A stretch of 64,000 bases of DNA, taken from NCBI RefSeq assembly GCF_009931435.1, contig NZ_CP043414.1. One strand, written 5' to 3'. How positions within the stretch are numbered: the stretch's first letter is position 1; each line of letters begins with the position of its first letter. The notes under the pieces were generated by a model. That model worked only from the letters and a program-made list of their open reading frames with translations. It was not told where the DNA came from and ran no database searches. Shown here piece by piece: positions 57,004 through 64,000 of this stretch. The DNA comes from Escherichia coli. GTDB lineage: Bacteria; Pseudomonadota; Gammaproteobacteria; Enterobacterales; Enterobacteriaceae. The position numbers and the translations under genes were made by a program.

Positions 57004-58053
57004 GTGCGGGTATTACTTCGACCTGTTCTGGTACCGGAACTCGGGCTGGTGATCGTTAAGCCGGGCCGTGAATCCATGCCGGTATTCCACAATACCCGGT
57101 TACTGGTGGAGCCGGAACCGAAAAGCATGCGTAATCTGCCGTCCGGGGTCGTTCCTGCCGTTGGCCAGCCGCTGGCGGAAGACAAAACATTGCTGCCGTT
57201 TTTTAGTAACGAACGGGTGATTCGTGCTGCTGGCGGCGTTGGCTCATTGTCTGACTGGCTATTACGTCATGTTACATCCTGCCAGTGGCCTAATGGCGAT
57301 TACCATCACACTGAAACAGTCATTCACCGTTATGGTACCGGCGCAATGGTGTTGTGTTGGCACTGCGACAACCAACTGCGTGACCAGACATCGGAATCAC
57401 TGGAGCTGCTTGCTCAACAAAATCTGACAGCATGGGTGATTGACGTCATCCGTCACGCAATAAGCGGTACGCAGGAGCGGGAATTATCTTTGGCTGAATT
57501 ATCCTGGTGGGCGGTCTGCAATCAGGTGGTGGATGCACTACCTGAGGCTGTATCGCGTCGTTCGCTGGGATTACCAGCGGAAAAAATCTGCTCGGTGTAC
57601 CGCGAAAGCGACATCGTACCGGGAGAGCAGACCGCCACCAGCATATTGAAACAACGCACAAAAAATCTTGCACCGTTGCCTTACGCCCACCAGCAACAAA
57701 AACTACCACAGGAAAAGACGGTGGTAAGCATCACCGTTGATCCAGAGTCTCCGGAATCTTTCATGAAGCTGCCTAAACGTCGCCGCTGGGTTAAGGAGAA
57801 ATACACACGTTGGGTTAAGACACAGCCGTGTGCTTGCTGCGGTATGCCAGCCGACGATCCGCATCATCTGATTGGTCACGGGCAGGGCGGAATGGGAACA
57901 AAAGCACATGATCTCTTTGTGTTGCCTTTGTGCAGAAAGCATCACAACGAGCTGCATACGGATACAGTGGCATTTGAAGAGAAGTATGGCTCCCAACTGG
58001 AGCTGATATTTCGTTTTATCGATCGCGCGCTGGCAATTGGCGTACTGGCGTAA
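57004..58053 (+). CDS. ydfU: DUF968 protein YdfU (HNH-like C-terminus)
   Basis: 349-aa ORF with GTG start. C-terminus reads CACCGMPADDPHHLIGHGQGGMGTKAHDLFVLPLCRKHHNELH. Confidence 0.82.
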   Translation: MRVLLRPVLVPELGLVIVKPGRESMPVFHNTRLLVEPEPKSMRNLPSGVVPAVGQPLAEDKTLLPFFSNERVIRAAGGVGSLSDWLLRHVTSCQWPNGDYHHTETVIHRYGTGAMVLCWHCDNQLRDQTSESLELLAQQNLTAWVIDVIRHAISGTQERELSLAELSWWAVCNQVVDALPEAVSRRSLGLPAEKICSVYRESDIVPGEQTATSILKQRTKNLAPLPYAHQQQKLPQEKTVVSITVDPESPESFMKLPKRRRWVKEKYTRWVKTQPCACCGMPADDPHHLIGHGQGGMGTKAHDLFVLPLCRKHHNELHTDTVAFEEKYGSQLELIFRFIDRALAIGVLA

Positions 58054-58066
58054 GTGGAGAACGAGC

Positions 58067-58819
58067 ATGAACCTTGAAGCCTTACCAAAATATTACTCCC
58101 CAAAATCTCCAAAATTGAGCGATGACGCTCCAGCGACAGGCACCGGTTGTTTAACAATTACGGATGTAATGGCAGCGCAGGGGATGGTGCAGTCGAAAGC
58201 ACCACTTGGGTTGGCCTTATTTCTGGCAAAAGTTGGTGTTCAGGACCCTCAGTTTGCGATTGAAGGCCTGCTAAATTACGCGATGGCACTGGATAACCCG
58301 ACATTGAACAAATTGAGTGAAGAAATCCGGTTACAGATTATTCCTTACCTCGTGAGTTTTGCCTTTGCTGATTACTCCAGGTCTGCGGCAAGTAAGGCTC
58401 GCTGTGAGCATTGTTCAGGTACGGGATTTTATAATGTATTGCGCGAAGTGGTGAAACACTACAGACGCGGGGAATCTGTAATCAAGGAAGAATGGGTGAA
58501 GGAACTATGTCAGCATTGCCATGGTAAGGGCGAAGCCAGCACAGCGTGCAGAGGGTGTAAGGGTAAAGGGATTGTTCTGGATGAAAAAAGAACCCGGTTT
58601 CATGGCGTACCGGTATATAAGATTTGTGGGCGTTGTAATGGAAACCGGTTTAGTCGTTTACCGACCACGCTGGCACGACGTCATGTCCAGAAGCTGGTAC
58701 CAGACCTGACCGATTATCAGTGGTATAAGGGGTATGCGGACGTCATTGGTAAACTGGTAACAAAGTGCTGGCAGGAAGAAGCATACGCGGAAGCGCAATT
58801 GAGGAAGGTGACGAGATAA
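58067..58819 (+). CDS. quuQ: late-gene antiterminator Q
   Basis: 250 aa from MNLEALPKYYSPKSPKLSDD. Cys-rich zinc motifs (CEHCSGTG, CQHCHGKG, CRGCKGKG, CGRCNGN). Confidence 0.88.
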   Translation: MNLEALPKYYSPKSPKLSDDAPATGTGCLTITDVMAAQGMVQSKAPLGLALFLAKVGVQDPQFAIEGLLNYAMALDNPTLNKLSEEIRLQIIPYLVSFAFADYSRSAASKARCEHCSGTGFYNVLREVVKHYRRGESVIKEEWVKELCQHCHGKGEASTACRGCKGKGIVLDEKRTRFHGVPVYKICGRCNGNRFSRLPTTLARRHVQKLVPDLTDYQWYKGYADVIGKLVTKCWQEEAYAEAQLRKVTR

Positions 58820-58850
58820 ATGATTTTTGCTGAAGATGGCGACATGATGT

Positions 58851-58879
58851 TTGCATTTTTCAAAAAATATGGATAAAAT
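58851..58879 (+). promoter_or_regulatory. PR'-like late promoter
   Basis: TTGCAT-17-TAAAAT, 32 nt after the Q stop. Confidence 0.55.
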
Positions 58880-58925
58880 TTTTTCAACGATGGGCTTTGT
58901 ATACCCGACGTTAAGAAAAAGTAGA

Positions 58926-58953
58926 AAACCCGCTGATGAGCGGGTTTTGTGCT
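58926..58953 (+). terminator. tR'-like terminator about 45-65 nt downstream of PR'
   Basis: AAAACCCGCT-gatg-AGCGGGTTTT followed by GTGCTTT. Confidence 0.7.
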
Positions 58954-59240
58954 TTAAATGGGGCAATGGTAATGTTGAATCTCATCCCGGGACTCATGTC
59001 TGTTAACTTATTATTTAGCTGGTGACTTGGTTATTTGCCTGATGTTTAAAATGTTTTCTTCCAGTACAATGCCCCTAAACACAATGAGTCTGCTTATTAT
59101 ATTATTAGCAGAGCTATTACGGCCAAAGTACAGCATAAGCTTTTAAAGCCAATCAACCAGTCATCAAGACAGACGGGGTTATTCATAAAAACTCTCCATG
59201 TGTGATCCGATGGGGCCTGAAATTAAAGCTTTAATATAGC

Positions 59241-59453
59241 TCATGAAAGGTAAACATTGGCAGCTGAAGGGCCACGCAGACCATTTATCCGGCAAAATTC
59301 CACGCGTAATCCGGTGGTAATTTCTTCTGCATCGCGGAGATTGAGCGCTGAAACATGAAGCTGGACATCGATACGACCATCGGATGGGGTGATAAGACCC
59401 TTGCCGCTTTTGCCGTCAAAGGTTTTGACAATTCCTGTCATTTTACGGGACAA
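59241..59453 (-). CDS. cspF: CspA-family protein CspF
   Basis: 70-aa ORF starting [37 protein letters not shown]. Confidence 0.92.
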
Positions 59454-59557
59454 AAAAATTCCTTAATACTGATAACTTGGCGCACTATACACACGTTCCT
59501 GAAGAAAGCTATAGTTTTTTGATGGGGTTGAAGATGGCTGGATGTCTAAAATAAACA

Positions 59558-59586
59558 TTGCTTCATATGTTCAACTATGCGTTAAT
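59558..59586 (+). promoter_or_regulatory. cspB promoter
   Basis: TTGCTT-17-GTTAAT, with ATGC immediately upstream of the -10. Gives a 5' UTR of about 160 nt. The same ATGCGTTAATG block is found upstream of cspI. Confidence 0.45.
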
Positions 59587-59753
59587 GATTGCGTCGGTTT
59601 GAAGAACAGACGATATACGAAGTAGTTTACTAAAGCAGTTCTCATTTCAGGTGTTATTCACTTATTCCTTCTTTGAGTCTCTCCAATTAAGTACGAAGTC
59701 GTTTCTGTTATGCAAACCATTTATGCCGAAAGGCTCAAGTTAAGGAATGTAGA

Positions 59754-59969
59754 ATGTCAAATAAAATGACTGGTTTAGTAAAATGGTTTAACGCTGATAA
59801 AGGTTTCGGCTTTATTTCTCCTGTTGATGGTAGTAAAGATGTGTTTGTGCATTTTTCTGCGATTCAGAATGATAATTATCGAACCTTATTTGAAGGTCAA
59901 AAGGTTACCTTCTCTATAGAGAGTGGTGCTAAAGGTCCTGCAGCAGCAAATGTCATCATTACTGATTAA
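59754..59969 (+). CDS. cspB: cold shock protein CspB
   Basis: 71-aa ORF ([38 protein letters not shown]) with RNP1/RNP2 motifs. Confidence 0.95.
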   Translation: MSNKMTGLVKWFNADKGFGFISPVDGSKDVFVHFSAIQNDNYRTLFEGQKVTFSIESGAKGPAAANVIITD

Positions 59970-60250
59970 AATTCATCGCTCGTCTGTATACGATAACGAA
60001 GAAGGCTGATGCCTGAGTAGAGATACGGACAGAGTAGTGAATATTGGATTTCTTTAATAAAAATTAAGGAGGTCCAATACATGAAACAATGGCCAGCATA
60101 TTTGGCAAAATCTTAATCAGGAAAAGTATGCTAACCATTGTGGTGAAGTGCAGGTTTGCTGCATGAATAGTTTTACAGCAGAAGCTAACTGCTGGCATGG
60201 CAAAACAAAGTGCGTAAGTGGATGACTCCCACAAAAAGCACCACAATCTC

Positions 60251-60275
60251 AAACCCGCTCAGGCGGGTTTTTTAT
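60251..60275 (+). terminator. Rho-independent terminator
   Basis: AAACCCGC-tcag-GCGGGTTT followed by TTTATT. Confidence 0.75.
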
Positions 60276-60332
60276 TATCTGCTTTAAATATATTATTAAA
60301 ATATAAAAAATACTTGTTACTAATAAAATCAA

Positions 60333-60503
60333 TCAGGCTACAGCTTTAAGATTTGTCTGGAATACTTTGTTGCAATGAGGGCAGATCAAAAGGGCACCTT
60401 TTTGTACTCTTGAAAAACTGTGTTCTGACTCTTGGGTGCAGTTTGGGCAGGAACATTTAACGAGATAATTACGGCGTGATTTTGAGTCTTTACGTTCTGA
60501 CAT
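60333..60503 (-). CDS. 56-aa zinc-ribbon small protein (possibly YnfU)
   Basis: Internal start gives MSERKDSKSRRNYLVKCSCPNCTQESEHSFSRVQKGALLICPHCNKVFQTNLKAVA, with CxCPxC...CPxC. An AGGA sequence lies upstream. Confidence 0.55.
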   Translation of the reverse strand: MSERKDSKSRRNYLVKCSCPNCTQESEHSFSRVQKGALLICPHCNKVFQTNLKAVA

Positions 60504-60722
60504 AGGCTTTTCCTGTATAAATGGCCGTATACAGTACACTAAATATGAAAACATTTCTCGTATTATTATTTTATATATGACTTTCTTTCAAAATAATTAC
60601 TCACATTTTTAATGTGTATGTTTCTTTAGCGCCGTTGAGAACAGCGTGTGCTGTCAAAACTACCCCGTAGACTCCGATCTTTTCAAACATATTGCACCAT
60701 CCGTGTACATCGGGGTGAGGAT

Positions 60723-60938
60723 ATGAAATCAATGGATAAGTTAACAACAGGTGTTGCCTATGGCACATCGGCGGGTAATGCTGGTTTCTGGGCATTGCAG
60801 TTACTCGATAAAGTAACTCCGTCACAGTGGGCTGCAATCGGTGTGCTGGGTAGCCTGGTTTTTGGCCTGCTGACGTATCTGACAAATCTTTATTTCAAGA
60901 TTAAAGAAGACAGGCGTAAGGCTGCGAGAGGAGAGTAA
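60723..60938 (+). CDS. essQ: class II holin (S21-type pinholin) with dual start MKSM
   Basis: 71 aa, [31 protein letters not shown]...[13 protein letters not shown]. Two TM segments. Met1/Met4 form an antiholin/holin start pair. Confidence 0.9.
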   Translation: MKSMDKLTTGVAYGTSAGNAGFWALQLLDKVTPSQWAAIGVLGSLVFGLLTYLTNLYFKIKEDRRKAARGE

Positions 60939-60942
60939 TCCA

Positions 60943-61250
60943 ATGACTCAAGACTATGAACTGGTCGTGAAAGGAGTCCGTAATTTTGAGAATAAAGTTA
61001 CGGTAACTGTAGCCTTACAGGACAAAGAACGCTTTGACGGTGAAATTTTTGACCTGGATGTCGCCATGGACCGTGTTGAAGGAGCTGCGCTGGAGTTTTA
61101 TGAGGCAGCAGCCAGAAGGAGCGTCCGGCAAGTCTTCCTGGAAGTAGCAGAAAAATTGTCAGAAAAAGTTGAGTCTTATCTGCAGCATCAGTACTCCTTT
61201 AAGATTGAAAATCCTGCCAATAAGCACGAGCGTCCTCATCATAAATATAT

Positions 61251-61254
<4 letters not shown>
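60943..61254 (+). CDS. ydfR: DUF1327 protein YdfR
   Basis: 103-aa ORF between the holin and endolysin genes, as in K-12 Qin. Confidence 0.8.
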
Positions 61255-62278
<1,024 letters not shown>

Positions 62279-62461
62279 GGTAATATTAAATCGGAACATT
62301 TACATCGCGGAATGTAAAATTTAAATAAAAAGGACTCTTCCATGAGCCAAAATTCCTGAAATCTTAAGGGTAAGATAAAAGGTCTTAATCAGAATGACAC
62401 GTTATTATTAATAAATAAAGCTATTCTTTCATTGCTGTGTTTTTCTTTACAAAAGTAATCC

Positions 62462-62490
62462 TTGCTATGGGTGGTTAATCATGCGTTAAT
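62462..62490 (+). promoter_or_regulatory. cspI promoter
   Basis: TTGCTA-17-GTTAAT. Same ATGCGTTAATG block as cspB. 5' UTR of about 145 nt. Confidence 0.45.
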
Positions 62491-62641
62491 GGTGTTCTGG
62501 TTTGTTACAAATTTATCTGAAGCAGTCATTGTTATAATTTTATTATTTGTACCTCTTGAGATTTCCTTGTTGGTTTTTCTCTCTGATATTTTTTTTCGGA
62601 CCATTCTGCCCAAGGGCTAATTTCTTCAAAAGGTAATAATT

Positions 62642-62854
62642 ATGTCTAACAAAATGACTGGTTTAGTGAAATGGTTTAACCCTGAAAAAGGTTTTGGTTT
62701 CATCACGCCGAAAGATGGCAGCAAAGATGTGTTTGTCCATTTCTCAGCAATTCAGAGCAACGATTTCAAAACATTAACTGAGAATCAGGAAGTTGAATTT
62801 GGTATTGAGAACGGACCTAAAGGCCCTGCCGCTGTTCATGTAGTGGCGCTTTGA
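62642..62854 (+). CDS. cspI: cold shock protein CspI
   Basis: 70-aa ORF starting [38 protein letters not shown]. Confidence 0.94.
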   Translation: MSNKMTGLVKWFNPEKGFGFITPKDGSKDVFVHFSAIQSNDFKTLTENQEVEFGIENGPKGPAAVHVVAL

Positions 62855-63058
62855 GGTAGACAATATTACAAACCATATTCACTTTAGATGCCCGTGTTGT
62901 CATGGTTCCCAGTATAGAACATCATCTTTTGATGTTTCTGACATGAATCCTTTCGGGGCAAAATGTATCTTTTGTAAATCAATGATGATTACATTTGATA
63001 ATATTTCACAATACTTAAATGCCAGCCGTCTGTCGTTGGATTTAAAAAAGTGAAAATG

Positions 63059-63082
63059 AAGGCTCCTTCGGGAGCTTTTTTG
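63059..63082 (+). terminator. Rho-independent terminator downstream of cspI and the zinc-ribbon frame
   Basis: AAGGCTCC-ttcg-GGAGCTT followed by a T run. Confidence 0.7.
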
Positions 63083-63125
63083 CTTGGTATCTATTCGATG
63101 GATACTCACATACTACGGTAACATC

Positions 63126-63356
63126 ATGAAAAAAATCATAGTTTTTTTTAACTCTGAACCAGCAGTGGTAGTGCCAGCGATGACTGGAGTTAACACCATC
63201 ATGCGTGAATATCCAAATGGCGAAAAAACACACCTTACTGTAATGGCCGCAGGGTTTCCATCTCTGACCGGAGATCATAAAGTCATTTATGTAGCCGCGG
63301 ATCGACATGTTACTTCAGAAGAAATTCTGGAAGCAGCAATAAGGCTCTTGAGTTGA
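63126..63356 (+). CDS. 76-aa hypothetical prophage protein
   Basis: ATG 63126 gives MKKIIVFFNSEPAVVVPAMTGVNTIMREYPNGEKTHL.... The ORF-track start is 14 codons upstream. I recognise no family. Confidence 0.5.
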   Translation: MKKIIVFFNSEPAVVVPAMTGVNTIMREYPNGEKTHLTVMAAGFPSLTGDHKVIYVAADRHVTSEEILEAAIRLLS

Positions 63357-63527
63357 TTTGATGCTATTGTATTGATAATTCAGGAAAATTCTCTTTGTCT
63401 GTTTGTGTAAAATTTAGACTATCGTATGTTGATTATTGCGATGTTTCATCTTATCTTTTACACGTTTGCACCATATAATCGACTTACTGTGTAACTGGAA
63501 AGTCATAACAGACTAAAAGAGGAAATG

Positions 63528-63701
63528 ATGAATATTGAAAACTTAAAAACAAAAGCAGAAGCAGATATTTCTGAATATATAACAAAAAAAATTATTGAAC
63601 TTAAGAAAAAGACCGGGAAAGAAGTTACCAGTATTCAGTTTACCGCACGGGAAAAAATGACGGGTCTTGAAAGCTATGATGTCAAGATTAATTTAATCTG
63701 A
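63528..63701 (+). CDS. gnsB: Gns-family small protein (GnsA/GnsB-like)
   Basis: My own translation gives MNIENLKTKAEADISEYITKKIIELKKKTGKEVTSIQFTAREKMTGLESYDVKINLI (57 aa). It parallels the remembered GnsB sequence and the Qin position next to ydfO. Confidence 0.7.
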   Translation: MNIENLKTKAEADISEYITKKIIELKKKTGKEVTSIQFTAREKMTGLESYDVKINLI

Positions 63702-63852
63702 TGTATTCAATAATAAAATTTATCCATAAACCTCGTTTTTACGGGGTTTTGTTATATTTGAATGGTTCCGAATATCTAAATCACAATTGTTGATGGTTTT
63801 TATTAAACCAATGCAGTCCGGCTCAGGAGTGAGAGAAGCCGGACGTTATGGT

Positions 63853-64000
63853 TTAGCGTGGTAAGATCTGTGTAGTTTTCTGGATGCTTTCAGTAAATAG
63901 TAATGAGTTATCAAAGGCATAGTAATATCTTTGGTGTTCCTGGATATTTGTAACCCATCGGAAAACTCCTGCTTTAGCAAGATTTTCCCTGTATTGTTGA
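63853..64000 (-). CDS. ydfO: DUF1398 protein YdfO, C-terminal part (5' end outside window)
   Basis: The minus-strand frame reads ...[48 protein letters not shown] then stops. Confidence 0.65.
   Translation of the reverse strand, partial: QQYRENLAKAGVFRWVTNIQEHQRYYYAFDNSLLFTESIQKTTQILPR

Noticed and set aside
60064-60252. 62-aa minus-strand ORF between cspB and the zinc-ribbon gene.
   Set aside because: It has no SD sequence and a hydrophobic, Cys-rich, odd composition. It runs antisense through a + strand terminator hairpin. The + strand micro-ORF and structured-RNA reading explains the signals better.

Overview
This window looks like Escherichia coli chromosome, reverse-complemented relative to my memory of the K-12 map. 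All identifications come from reading the supplied translations and DNA and from remembered K-12 sequences; no database search was possible.

Positions 1-45.4 kb are ordinary core genome in K-12 order: malI', hdhA, uidR-uidABC, ydgA, manA, fumA, fumC, tus with its Ter site, rstBA, ydgC, folM, ydgI, ydgH, pntAB, tqsA, mdtJI, ydgD, ydgU, asr, ynfM, ynfL, mlc, bioD2, clcB, dmsD-ynfHGFE, ynfD, ynfC, speG, ynfB, ynfA, rspAB.

At about 45.47 kb the transporter gene ydfJ is cut after about 31 codons by a Qin-type lambdoid prophage that runs to the window end. The prophage appears more complete than K-12 Qin as I remember it. It carries:
- an apparently intact integrase, an excisionase-like gene and an 823-aa YdfE/DnaQ-like exonuclease;
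- ydfD-dicB-DicF-ydfCBA;
- a repressor/Cro switch with repeated ATACC-N4-GGTAT operators, and a YdaT-like gene;
- an O-like replication gene with internal iterons;
- an accessory slot;
- a complete hok/mok/sok locus, then rem-like, ydfU and the antiterminator Q with a PR'-tR' unit;
- cspF/cspB, a pinholin-ydfR-SAR endolysin-Rz/Rz1 lysis cassette, cspI, a gns-like gene and ydfO'.

The most interesting region is the AT-rich accessory slot at 53.8-56.4 kb, between the replication genes and hok. It holds an orphan 341-aa helical protein with an Rx4H (HEPN-like) motif, in the position where I recall K-12 Qin carrying relBE. Downstream of it is a 29-codon hydrophobic ORF with a consensus Shine-Dalgarno (SD) sequence. 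I flag this as a candidate uncharacterised phage-defence or toxin module. No CRISPR arrays, tRNA genes or rRNA genes were seen.
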